From NCBI GenBank assembly GCA_021802825.1, contig JAJZRG010000003.1:22643-86642 (forward strand): a stretch of 64,000 nucleotides of DNA. Reading direction: 5' to 3'. The notes below the pieces were generated by a model. The model worked only from the letters and a program-made list of their open reading frames with translations. It had not been told where the DNA came from and did not search any database. The DNA is from Chloroflexota bacterium (GTDB lineage: Bacteria > Chloroflexota > Limnocylindria > Limnocylindrales > CSP1-4). This document shows, piece after piece, positions 31,537-40,625 of the stretch. Numbering within the stretch: the stretch's first letter is position 1; each line of letters opens with the position of its first letter. The translations under genes and the position numbers were made by a program.

Positions 31537-32406
31537 TCAGTTCAGGCGGTCGCGCTTCGCCTCGAGCAGGGCAGCGTCGGCGCGCTCGGTCAGCTCCTCG
31601 AGCGTCTCGTTGCCGGTCATCGCCGCCAGTCCAGCGGTGATGCCCACGCCGGTCGCATGCCGGAGCGACTGGTCGATGATGCCCAGCCGGTGCTGCACCT
31701 CGGTCGCGTCGATCTGCGCGACCCCGCACACGAACTCGTCGCCCCCATACCGGACGATCGGGTCGTAGGAGCGCAGGTTGGCGCGCATCGTGGCGGCCAG
31801 CGTCCGCAGCACCCGGTCACCCGCCGCGTGGCCCTCGCGGTCGTTGACACCCTTGAGCCCGTCCACGTCGACGAACGCGACGACGAAGCGGCCGTCGCCC
31901 CGGCGGGCGCGCTCGATCTCGTTGCGCAGCGCCAGCCGGCCCACCTCGCGCCGGTAGGCGCCGGTGAGCCCGTCGAGGTGCGCGCGCTGGAGTTGGGCCT
32001 CGAGCTGGGCGCGTTCGAGGGCCTGCTCGTCGGTCTCGTCTCCGTTCAGGGCGGGCTTGCTGCCGTTGCCGGCCAGGCGCCTGTCGAGGGCCGCCTCGCG
32101 CTCGGCGGCCCGGCACTCGCGCTCGCTGGCCGCCGTGTCGCGTTGCGCGGCGACACGATCTCGTTCGGCCGCGAGCCGATCGCGCTCGTTGGCGAGGGCA
32201 TCTCGATCGGTCAGCGCGCTCTCGCGGGCATCCGCGGCTCGCTCCCGGGCCTCGACCACGGCGAGCCGTTCTGCCATCGCTCGCTCAAGCAGCCCAACGA
32301 CGTGCTCCTGCGCGTCGAGTTTCTTCATCCGGGCCTCGAGGGCAGCGAGCCGCTTGGCCGCTTTCCTCGCACCCCCGCACTTCTTCCCCTTGCGGTGCTT
32401 CACCAA
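31537..32406 (-). CDS. Diguanylate cyclase (coiled-coil N-terminus + GGDEF)
   Basis: GGDEF active site (VRYGGDEFVCG). Upstream RxxD-like region. The N-terminus is rich in ERD/A heptads. Confidence 0.8.
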   Translation of the reverse strand: MVKHRKGKKCGGARKAAKRLAALEARMKKLDAQEHVVGLLERAMAERLAVVEARERAADARESALTDRDALANERDRLAAERDRVAAQRDTAASERECRAAEREAALDRRLAGNGSKPALNGDETDEQALERAQLEAQLQRAHLDGLTGAYRREVGRLALRNEIERARRGDGRFVVAFVDVDGLKGVNDREGHAAGDRVLRTLAATMRANLRSYDPIVRYGGDEFVCGVAQIDATEVQHRLGIIDQSLRHATGVGITAGLAAMTGNETLEELTERADAALLEAKRDRLN

Positions 32407-32502
32407 GGACCTCGTGGTGCGTCCTGTCTGGCGCGGCCGCGTCCTTCCGATGCCGCCCGGGGAAGTATCGCGCCCGGCGACTCGGAACGCGAGGGCCGTG
32501 TG

Positions 32503-33408
32503 TCAGGGCTCGGGCAGCCTGCCCAGTACCGTGACCCAGGGTTCCACCAGCTGCTCGAACAGGGGCGGCCCGATGAGCTCGCGGTAGCGCAGCGCGACCC
32601 ATGCGTTCCAGATGGCGATCAGGCCGCGTTTCGCCGGCTCGCCCTCGCGCTCGAGGATGGCCGATGCCTCGGTGGCCGCAGGGCTCGCCCGCTGCACGAA
32701 CACCGACAGCAGCGCGGCGACACCGTTCTCAGGTGGACGCGTGATCGACAGCAGGTCGCGGCTCCCGAGCACCCCGCACACGGCCAGCTCGAGCTCGCCG
32801 AACCGCCCGAACAGGCGTCGGAGGTCCTCGTGCGGCAGGCGTGTGCCGGCGCTCCAGGCCAGCCCGAATCCGCGCTCGAGGTCGCGGGGCCCGCCGCGGG
32901 CGATCAGCTCGGTGACGGCCAGTCCCAGCCGCCTGATCTCGAGGGGGGACAGCTGCTCCACCCAGCCGAAGACCGTCGCAGGGGCGGCGCTCGCCGGCAG
33001 GGTCGCCGATCGCGCGAGCAATCGCGACCGGACGGGCGCCTCGTCCGGATCGGCGGTGCTGTCGGCGGCGGGGCTGTCGGCGGAGCTGTGGCCGGCGGCC
33101 TCCCGCGCGGGCATCTCGTCTGTCTGATCGCCAATCGTCGTCGGGCTCGGCTCGGCTTCCTCTTTGTGCGGTCCTGCGGCAGTTCGCCCAGACGCGGACT
33201 CCGCCGCCCCAGCCTCCAGACCGCCGAGGAGCAGAGCCGCGCGTCCCGGCTGGCGGAGCCCAAGCGCGATGCCGACGCGCAGCCAGTAGCGCTCCCCGGG
33301 CTCGCCGGGCATCGGCGCACGCTCGGCCTCGAGCTCGGACATCGCCGTGGCCAGCGCGTCGTCCTGCGCGGGTGAGCCGCCGGGCTCGGGTGTCGCATGA
33401 GTCGGCAT
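32503..33408 (-). CDS. Hypothetical protein
   Basis: Start chosen at the ATG with GAGGA 8 nt upstream. Acidic disordered middle and a conserved-looking C-terminal helical region. No recognisable motif. Confidence 0.35.
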   Translation of the reverse strand: MPTHATPEPGGSPAQDDALATAMSELEAERAPMPGEPGERYWLRVGIALGLRQPGRAALLLGGLEAGAAESASGRTAAGPHKEEAEPSPTTIGDQTDEMPAREAAGHSSADSPAADSTADPDEAPVRSRLLARSATLPASAAPATVFGWVEQLSPLEIRRLGLAVTELIARGGPRDLERGFGLAWSAGTRLPHEDLRRLFGRFGELELAVCGVLGSRDLLSITRPPENGVAALLSVFVQRASPAATEASAILEREGEPAKRGLIAIWNAWVALRYRELIGPPLFEQLVEPWVTVLGRLPEP

Positions 33409-33565
33409 CGGTCGGTTCCTCGTGGCTTCCTGCGGCCGGCGTCGGCGCACGGCCCAAGCATGCCCGACGGCCGCCGTCCCGTCGCCCAGGTATGGCGGAT
33501 TCGTTCCGCGAGGAGGCGCCATGGCGCCCCGCGACGCTGCGGTTGGGCTCGGCGCGTCCGATCGG

Positions 33566-34417
33566 TCAGCCGGGAGCCGATGGCTGCGGGGCAATGCCCG
33601 GGGTGCGAATGGACACGACATCCCGACGCGTCACGCCGACCGGCAGGCGGTTGCGCATGTGCATGGCAGCAGCCGTCCGTCCGCCGACCCCGAGCTTCTC
33701 GTAAATGTGCTCCAAGTGCTTCTTGACGGTGCTCGGTGCGACCCAGAGCAGCGCCGCGATCTGCACGTTCGTCCGGCCATCGGCCACCAGCGCGAGGATC
33801 TCGCGCTCCCGCGACGTCAGCGTGTCCCACGCGCGGGACTTGCTGTCGCTTTCCAGCGCCGCGGGTACCTCCTTGAGCCGCCGGCGCAGCGCAGCACGCT
33901 CCTCGAGATCGTGGAGGTGCGGCCGGAGCATCTCGAGGACGCCGCGGTCCCGGTCGGAGAAGTCGCCCGCACACGTTTGCCTGAACAGGATGAACGACCG
34001 CAATCGCTCCGCGGGGGCGGGCAGGCCGATGTCGATCGCATGGTCAAGCCCGACCGGGTGGAAGTACTCCCGGAAGATGGGCAACTCGAGGTATCGCCGC
34101 CGGCGGATCACGTCGGACATCCGGATCGCGGCCAGGCTGCCCGTCCGAGCGCGATAGTCGGAGATCGGGCACGGCCCGACTGCCCAGTAGAGCGCGTCCC
34201 CGTCCGCCTCGCCGGCCGGGCCGTCAGGGTCGATGCCCACCATCACGGGGAAGCGCCTCGCGCGCAGGTCGATCTCCTGGTACGTCAGCGCATCGCAGGG
34301 CACGAGGTCGCGCAGGCGAGCGACGAACTCGATCGGGTACGGATCGTCGAACTCGAGGCGGCCAACATCGGCGAGGAACCCGAGGATCGCCGCGAGATCG
34401 ACGCGTCGGAGAGACAT
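33566..34417 (-). CDS. LuxR-family transcriptional regulator (novel N-terminal sensor + HTH)
   Basis: C-terminal LTSREREILALVADGRTNVQIAALLWVAPSTVKKHLEHIYEKLGV. ATG at 34417 (MSLRRVDL). Confidence 0.7.
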   Translation of the reverse strand: MSLRRVDLAAILGFLADVGRLEFDDPYPIEFVARLRDLVPCDALTYQEIDLRARRFPVMVGIDPDGPAGEADGDALYWAVGPCPISDYRARTGSLAAIRMSDVIRRRRYLELPIFREYFHPVGLDHAIDIGLPAPAERLRSFILFRQTCAGDFSDRDRGVLEMLRPHLHDLEERAALRRRLKEVPAALESDSKSRAWDTLTSREREILALVADGRTNVQIAALLWVAPSTVKKHLEHIYEKLGVGGRTAAAMHMRNRLPVGVTRRDVVSIRTPGIAPQPSAPG

Positions 34418-34420
34418 CGC

Positions 34421-34441
34421 GTTCGGCAAAGTACGCCGAAC
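34421..34441. promoter_or_regulatory. Perfect inverted repeat GTTCGGC-N7-GCCGAAC next to the LuxR start
   Basis: Read directly from the sequence. Lies 4 nt upstream of the 34417 start codon, in the divergent intergenic region. Confidence 0.3.
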
Positions 34442-34578
34442 GGCGAATAGGCACAAGGGCCAGGCCCGCGGATGCTTGGGGAACGTCAGCGGTGCCGTGC
34501 CGTGCCCTCGTGACATCCGCCCCGGAAACCTGCTCGAGCACCCGCTGGCGGTCCCACGGCTGGACGAAGGAGAAAGGG

Positions 34579-35508
34579 ATGGAACAGCGGAGACTCGGTC
34601 GAATCGCTCGCGGGCTCGTCGCTTCCGGGACCGTGGCGACCCTCCTCGTGGGGATGCTCGCCATCGCGGTGCCGGTGGCCGCCAGGCACCTCTCCGATTG
34701 GGGTGCGCCCTCGCGCGCCGGACTCGACCAGGTGAACACGGCGGCGCTGGAAGGCTGCTCGATGCAGTCGCCTGACGGGCTGAGCCTGTATTTCGCATCG
34801 AATCGGGCGCACAGCACAGGCACCGATCTCGACATCTACGTCTCGCGGCGGGCGAGCACCGACGATGCTTGGGGCGCGCCCGCGAACCTGGGAGCTCCGA
34901 TCAACACTCCCGCCAATGAGCTTTGCCCCACGCCGGTACGAGGGAACGGCCTCTTCTTCGTGAGCACGAGGGCCGGCGGCTACGGTGCGCAGGACCTCTA
35001 CTTCTCGCGGCTGAATCCGGCTCAGGGCTGGACCGAACCGGTCAATCTCGGGTCAGGTGCCAACAGCGCCCTCAGCGAGGCCGGCCCGTCGTACTTCGAA
35101 GCCGATGGGCGTGCGTTCCTCTACTTCTCCAGCGGGGGCGCGACCAACACCAGCGACGTCTTCGTCAGCGAACGGGCCCCGGACGGCAGCTTCGGCCCGC
35201 GCGTAGCCATCGCGGAGCTGAACGGAACATTCGACGATTTCCGGCCGAACGTCCGCAAGGACGGTCTCGAGGTCGTCTTCGACTCCAACCGAGATGGCTA
35301 CCAAGGTGGTTCAAGGAATTTCGACATCTGGACCGCGACGCGGGCGAGCGCGGCCGACCCCTGGTCAGCGCCCACGAATCTTGGCGGCGTGGTGAACACA
35401 CCTGCAGGCGAGATACGGGCAGCCTTCTCGTGGGATGGCGGCACGCTCTACTTCGGCCGCTCGCCGGGCCCGGTGGGATCGTCCGACCTGTTCATCACGA
35501 CCAGGTGA
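34579..35508 (+). CDS. TolB-like PD40 beta-propeller repeat protein, secreted/anchored
   Basis: Repeated PD40-type units (SPDGLSLYFASNR, GNGLFFVSTR, DGRAFLYFSS, DGLEVVFDSNRDG, DGGTLYFGR). N-terminal TM/signal. AAGGAG upstream of the ATG. Confidence 0.7.
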   Translation: MEQRRLGRIARGLVASGTVATLLVGMLAIAVPVAARHLSDWGAPSRAGLDQVNTAALEGCSMQSPDGLSLYFASNRAHSTGTDLDIYVSRRASTDDAWGAPANLGAPINTPANELCPTPVRGNGLFFVSTRAGGYGAQDLYFSRLNPAQGWTEPVNLGSGANSALSEAGPSYFEADGRAFLYFSSGGATNTSDVFVSERAPDGSFGPRVAIAELNGTFDDFRPNVRKDGLEVVFDSNRDGYQGGSRNFDIWTATRASAADPWSAPTNLGGVVNTPAGEIRAAFSWDGGTLYFGRSPGPVGSSDLFITTR

Positions 35509-35551
35509 GGTTCGGGTGGCCGCTCGATAGCGCATCGACAGCGCAACAGGA

Positions 35552-35582
35552 CCCGGCGACCGGGATGGACCCGATCGCCGGG
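35552..35582. terminator. Hairpin between convergent TolB-like gene and tRNA
   Basis: CCCGGCGACCGGG-atgga-CCCGATCGCCGGG. 13-bp stem with one mismatch. Confidence 0.4.
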
Positions 35583-35673
35583 TCGTCAGGGCGGGGCAGC
35601 GGATCCGGTGGGGTGGGGCGAGTGCCGTGCAGCGCCGCGCTTACACAGCATCCGGGGAGTTGGTGGTGACAGG

Positions 35674-35750
<77 letters not shown>

Positions 35751-35803
35751 GCGGCCCCGGCATGATACCCGGCTGACGGTCCTGCCCCACAAGAGCGGGC
35801 GAC

Positions 35804-36775
35804 GTGCGGCACACTTCGTCGATGCGCCAGCACGCCCACCCCGCCCGCCGCCCGACCCTTGGCCGGCGTCTCGGATCCGCGGCCGTGGCGACGCTGATGC
35901 TGGTGGGGGCCGCAGCCCTCGTTTGGCGGTCGCCAGCGGCCACCTCGGCGGGCGGGGCGCCCGCACCCCGGAGCGGGGCACCCGGTCGCGTCGCAGCTCA
36001 GGCGTTCGCGCTCTCGGGATCCGGCGCGCCGCCGGCCGCCGCCGTCTTGCCGGGCCAGGGCCAGGCGGCCTTCGCGCCCACCGCGCCCGCCCCGCCGACC
36101 ACCCCGGGCGGCGGTCCGCAGGGCTCCGCGTCAATGGCCAGCCGCGACCACGCGGCCATGGTCGCCACGACCCCCGCGCCGCCATCCACCCTCACGGGCT
36201 ACGCCTGGCCGATCGCCCACCCGCGCCTCACCTTGCCGTTCGGTCCCAGCGGTTGGGGCACGCGCATCGTGGACGGCCAGCTGTTCCATGACGGCGTGGA
36301 CCTCGCGACGTTCTGCAACGACCGGATCATGGCCGCCCATGATGGCGTCGTCCTGGCTGCCGGCCGCCATTTCGATGGCTACATCGGCTGGGTCGGCAGC
36401 CTCGACGCCTACTACCGCTACATCAACACGCGCCACCTTTGGTTCGACCTCCCGAACGTGGTCATCGTTGACGACGGCAACGGCTACCGGAGCATCTACG
36501 CGCACATGTGGAAGCTCACCGTGAGGGTGGGGCAGCACGTCAGGGCGGGCCAGCTCATCGGCTACGAGGGGATGACCGGGCACGCGACCGGCTGCCACCT
36601 CCACTACGGGCTGTTCTCGCCGTCGGAGACCGCGACGTTCGGGACGGAGCCGAAGTCGATCAGGTCCTGGCATGAGCCGCCCGCCGAGATCGCGCGGATC
36701 GACCCGCTGCTGGTCCTGCCGTACCGCAAGGGGATCGGCGGTGTCGCGACGCTGCTGGGGACCGAGGACGGGTAG
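35804..36775 (+). CDS. M23 (LytM-type) peptidoglycan metalloendopeptidase
   Basis: HDGVDLA...YAHM...GHATGCHLHYG zinc-ligand motifs. N-terminal signal/TM. Confidence 0.85.
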   Translation: MRHTSSMRQHAHPARRPTLGRRLGSAAVATLMLVGAAALVWRSPAATSAGGAPAPRSGAPGRVAAQAFALSGSGAPPAAAVLPGQGQAAFAPTAPAPPTTPGGGPQGSASMASRDHAAMVATTPAPPSTLTGYAWPIAHPRLTLPFGPSGWGTRIVDGQLFHDGVDLATFCNDRIMAAHDGVVLAAGRHFDGYIGWVGSLDAYYRYINTRHLWFDLPNVVIVDDGNGYRSIYAHMWKLTVRVGQHVRAGQLIGYEGMTGHATGCHLHYGLFSPSETATFGTEPKSIRSWHEPPAEIARIDPLLVLPYRKGIGGVATLLGTEDG

Positions 36776-37017
36776 GCCGTCCTGCCGTTCGTGGCGGGTC
36801 GGGGGGCGCGGGATTCCGCCAGATGCCCGCTGAGGGTCGTTATCGGGATCTGCGTCGCTGGAGTTGACCGCCGGCACCCGCAGCCATGCTTCGGGAGCCG
36901 CATCGTGTCCGCCATATGCCCGTGGTGCGGCCCCTGTCGTGCGAGTTCCTGGATAGCGTCCGCCCCGTGGGAATCTGGGGAAGTTCGGCCCCGATCCGCA
37001 ACCAGATGCTGTCCCTC

Positions 37018-37031
37018 GCGCACATGTGCGC
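37018..37031. promoter_or_regulatory. Perfect 14-bp palindrome GCGCACATGTGCGC in a 388-bp convergent intergenic region
   Basis: Read directly from the sequence. The region 36776..37163 has no supported gene. Confidence 0.25.
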
Positions 37032-37163
37032 ACCATCGGCGAGATACGGCCCGCCCGGCGAGCATCTGGCAGATCCAGACCCGCCAGGACCGCCGGCCGA
37101 CCGTCAGCGCCGAGCGGGATCACGGCCGACCAGGACCGCTGACCGACCGAGGAGCGCCGAGCG

Positions 37164-38690
37164 TCAGCCCGAGCGCCGGTACCGGCGACCCACCAGGGAC
37201 CACGCGGGCAACCGCGCGAGCGCGACGTCCAGCGTCGGCCCCGTGCCGCCGTCCCGCCGCTCGATCGCGAGGCTCGCCGCTTTCCCGGCGCCCGGTCGCG
37301 CGTCCACGCCGGTGAAGTCCAGCGCCACGTGGCCGGGCTCGGCCTCGCCCAGCTCGTCGAGCAGCGCCTGCGGCCAGTCTGCGGTGGGCCCCTCGGTCGT
37401 CACCTCGCGCTCGGCGTGCCAGCGGGGACGGCGCAGCAGGATCGCCCGCCAGCCCGCGGCCACCTCGGGCGTCACGCAGCCATCGCCCGGGACCGGCGAA
37501 GCGGAGAGGTGTTCGCCCCGCGTCCAGAGCGCCGCCTGGTGCAGCAGCGCGTACTCGTCAAGGTCCGCGAACGCGGCGAGCCGCTCGGCCGGCGATTCGG
37601 CCCCGAACACGGCCTCGATCGAGGGCACGAAGACCTCGGTGAGGTCGAGGTCGATCGCGCGCACGGTGCGGTGAAGGTAGACGTGGCGGTACATGAACAG
37701 GCGCGCGGTGAGGAACATCTCGAGCGCGCCCACGCCGGACTCGTACAGCGTCAGCCCCCGCTCCGACACGAACGCGTACCGGCGCAGGCGCTCAGCGTCC
37801 ACGGGCCCGATCGACACGCCCGTCAAGTACGCGTCGCGGCGCACGTAGTCGAGGTTGTCCACCGTGAACACGCCAGACAGCAGCGGCTGGAGGGTACGGA
37901 CCCAGCCGGGCATCGAGGGGTCGGCGAGCGGCGGCTTCGAGATTAGGAACGACACCCAGCGCGGGTCGATCGCCTCTCCGTCCGCGAGCCGGTCGCGCTC
38001 CGGCACCGAGCCCGGCGCCCGGCGCAGCGCCGAGATCAGCGGACCCAGCTCGCGCTCGATGATCAGTTGGCCCAGGTCCTCGTGCGAGAGCGTCTTCGCG
38101 CCCGGGCGCCGCGGGTCAGCCGGAGCGGGGAAGCGGGCGAGGAAACGGTCGTCGAAGAAGTGCGCGAACGGGCCGTGGCCGATGTCGTGGAGCAGGCCCG
38201 CGACGCGCAAGGTCTCGACGACGAGACCCTCGGACGGAACTGGCTCCCCGGGAGCCAGCAGCGGCAGCGAGGCGGCCAGCGACGGGTAGAGCGACCGCGC
38301 CCACAGGCCGGCCTCGTGCATGACGCCCAGGCCGTGCGTGAACCGCGAGTGCTCCGCGGTCGGGAACACCCAGCGCGCGCTCTGGAGCTGGCTGATGCGC
38401 CGCAGCCTCTGGACCCAGGCCGTGTCGAGCAGGTCGTCCTCGGCGACGGTCTCCGCGTGGAGCCCGGCGGCCCGCGCCTCGTGGGGCGTGAGGCGCTTGG
38501 TGAGCTCCACGTACCCGTGGATCGGGTCGCTGATCAGGTTGACGGCGGCGAAGGGAAGCCGGCGGCCGGGCGGGATGGCTCCGAGATCGGCCATCTGCCC
38601 GGCACTGCTCGCTTTGGCCCCGCCCGCTTTGGCGCCGCTCGTCCCCCCGGCGTCGGTCAGGGCAACCAGATCCGCTTCACGGGGGTCCAC
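37164..38690 (-). CDS. HD-domain dNTP triphosphohydrolase (Dgt/SAMHD1-like)
   Basis: HSRFTHGLGVMH...AGLLHDIGHGPFAHFFD...DNLDYVRRD. The GTG at 38690 overlaps the upstream gene by 34 nt. Alternative ATG at 38594. Confidence 0.8.
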   Translation of the reverse strand: MDPREADLVALTDAGGTSGAKAGGAKASSAGQMADLGAIPPGRRLPFAAVNLISDPIHGYVELTKRLTPHEARAAGLHAETVAEDDLLDTAWVQRLRRISQLQSARWVFPTAEHSRFTHGLGVMHEAGLWARSLYPSLAASLPLLAPGEPVPSEGLVVETLRVAGLLHDIGHGPFAHFFDDRFLARFPAPADPRRPGAKTLSHEDLGQLIIERELGPLISALRRAPGSVPERDRLADGEAIDPRWVSFLISKPPLADPSMPGWVRTLQPLLSGVFTVDNLDYVRRDAYLTGVSIGPVDAERLRRYAFVSERGLTLYESGVGALEMFLTARLFMYRHVYLHRTVRAIDLDLTEVFVPSIEAVFGAESPAERLAAFADLDEYALLHQAALWTRGEHLSASPVPGDGCVTPEVAAGWRAILLRRPRWHAEREVTTEGPTADWPQALLDELGEAEPGHVALDFTGVDARPGAGKAASLAIERRDGGTGPTLDVALARLPAWSLVGRRYRRSG

Positions 38691-39535
38691 GCCGAGAGGT
38701 TACCTCGCCGGTCGGCCGCCTGGACCCGGAATGAGTAGTAGTGGTGGCGTGCCCGGCCGTAGAGGGTGAGCCATCTCGATGTCGTGTCGTTGCGCAGGAG
38801 GTGCCAGGTCCCCCAGTCCACCCGGTACAGGACGTCGAAGCTGCGCAGCCCGGCGGTGTGCGTCTGGAGCAGCGGGTCATAGCCCCACCAGGCGAACCGG
38901 ATGGTGGTGCCGCTCGCGGTGAGCGAGCCGTTCCTCGCCGCGGGCCGCGTGTGGTCCACCGACTCGGTGAACAGGATCGACGACCACGTGGATCCGTTGG
39001 CCGCCCTCGCGATCCCGATGCCGATGTAGTTGAACGTTGACGAGAAGATGATCGCGTGGTGGAGCCGGCTGGCCTTCCACATGGAGTACAGGTTCGCCGC
39101 CGCCGCATAGCCCCAGGTGTAGGACGAGGTGCCGATGATCTCGCCATACGAGTACCACTGCAGTCCGGCCGCCTTGAGCGCAGCGCCCGCGTCACCGCCC
39201 GCCGCCGCGTGCGACAGCGTGAGGCTCGAGGCCATTCGCGCCGAGCGCCGGTTGGCGACGCTGGCCATGGCGGGCCACGAGCGCAGCGGCCGGAGGCCCG
39301 AGGCCACGCGGTCACGATTGATCCACGAGAGCAGGTAGGACGCCATCGTCGAAGCGGTGCTGGCCGTGGTGGTCGTGGCCGTGGCGCCCGTGGCCACCGT
39401 GGATTCGGTCGCTGGCGCGGACGCGGCGATGGCGGGAGTGGCGAGCAGCGCCGCTAGGACGGTGCTCATCAGGAGGGCGGTGCCGCGATGGCGCAGGGTC
39501 GCGTGAAGTCGGCGCCGGGGGGCTGCGTCGATCAT
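38657..39535 (-). CDS. Secreted CAP/SCP (PR-1-like) domain protein with C-terminal FN3-like domain
   Basis: Signal peptide. CAP blocks (NRDRVASGLRPL...GEIIG...WKASRLHHAIIFSSTFNYIGIG). The C-terminus is beta-rich (WWGYDP...YYSFRVQAADRRGN). Confidence 0.7.
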   Translation of the reverse strand: MIDAAPRRRLHATLRHRGTALLMSTVLAALLATPAIAASAPATESTVATGATATTTTASTASTMASYLLSWINRDRVASGLRPLRSWPAMASVANRRSARMASSLTLSHAAAGGDAGAALKAAGLQWYSYGEIIGTSSYTWGYAAAANLYSMWKASRLHHAIIFSSTFNYIGIGIARAANGSTWSSILFTESVDHTRPAARNGSLTASGTTIRFAWWGYDPLLQTHTAGLRSFDVLYRVDWGTWHLLRNDTTSRWLTLYGRARHHYYSFRVQAADRRGNLSAWTPVKRIWLP

Positions 39536-39588
39536 GAGCCTCTCAACTGGGTGGTGCGTTGCTGCACCAGCCTAACGGACGTGGCCAA

Positions 39589-40602
39589 TCAGCGCCCGTA
39601 GCGCGCGGCCGCGCGTGCGTGCGTCGCCGCGACGTCGTCCCGCAAAACCTCCGGCACCAGCACCTCCACGTCGTCACCCCAGGACAGGATCCACAGCCGG
39701 ATCTCAACCGTCCCAGCCACCGTCGCGCGCCACTCGAGCGACCCATCGGGGCCCTCGGCCACGGTCTGAGAGGGATGCCACACTGCCTCTCGGACACGCG
39801 CGGCAACCGAGGGCGCGAACCGGAGCACCACCTCGGCCGCGGGCTGGTCCCAGATGATGTCCCACGCCGGGCGGAGCGCCGCCGCGAGCTCGGCCTCGGC
39901 GGGCGTCGCGAACCGGCGGAGCGTCAGCGACAGGTCGAGGATCCGCTCCACCTTGAACGTCCGGAGGGCGCCGCGCCCCTCGTCGAAGCCGATGAGGTAG
40001 AGGGCGTGCGTCTCGAGCGAGGGCTCGAGGAGGTACGGCCGGACCTCGCGCCACTCGGGCTCGCGCTCGCCGTCGTAGGCGGCCGCCGCATACTGGAAGC
40101 GCACGACCCGCTGCTCCGCCCACGCGCGGGTGAGGTCCGCGACCCGACGGTTGTACGCCTCGTCGGTCCGCCGGAGGGCCATTTCGTCCAGCGTCCGCTC
40201 GACATGACCGTGGAGCGCGTCCGGCAGGCCCGCCTCGATCTTGCTGAACGCGGACGCGAGGCTGGGGTCGAAGCGGTCGGTGTAGCGGGTCATCAGGCGC
40301 GCCGCCAGGAACACGGCCATTGCTTCCTGGAGCGTAAGCCGGAGGGCCGGCAGGAACGCGCCCGGCTGCACACCCCAGCGTCCGCCGTCGCTCCACAGGG
40401 GAACCTGCATCTCGTTCTGGAGGGCCCTGAGGTCCCGATAGACAGTGCGCTGCGACATGCCCGTCCGCCGAGCGACCTCCCGGGGCGTCACGCCGGCCTC
40501 GCCGTGGGCGTGGAGCACGCGGAGCACCGACAGGAGGCGAGCCAGGCGGTCGCGCTTGCCCTCCAGCCGTTCGCCGTCCTGCTCGTCGTAGTCGTCGGTC
40601 AT
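39589..40602 (-). CDS. HTH + WYL-domain transcriptional regulator (YafY/PafBC-like)
   Basis: N-terminal DeoR/YafY-type HTH (RLARLLSVLRVLHAHGEAGVTPREVARRTGMSQRTVYRDLRAL). WYL region (RVVRFQYAAAAYDG...REVRPYLLEPSLETHALYLIG). WCX-like C-terminus. Confidence 0.8.
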   Translation of the reverse strand: MTDDYDEQDGERLEGKRDRLARLLSVLRVLHAHGEAGVTPREVARRTGMSQRTVYRDLRALQNEMQVPLWSDGGRWGVQPGAFLPALRLTLQEAMAVFLAARLMTRYTDRFDPSLASAFSKIEAGLPDALHGHVERTLDEMALRRTDEAYNRRVADLTRAWAEQRVVRFQYAAAAYDGEREPEWREVRPYLLEPSLETHALYLIGFDEGRGALRTFKVERILDLSLTLRRFATPAEAELAAALRPAWDIIWDQPAAEVVLRFAPSVAARVREAVWHPSQTVAEGPDGSLEWRATVAGTVEIRLWILSWGDDVEVLVPEVLRDDVAATHARAAARYGR

Positions 40603-40625
40603 GCGGACGTCCCTCCTCGTCGGGC

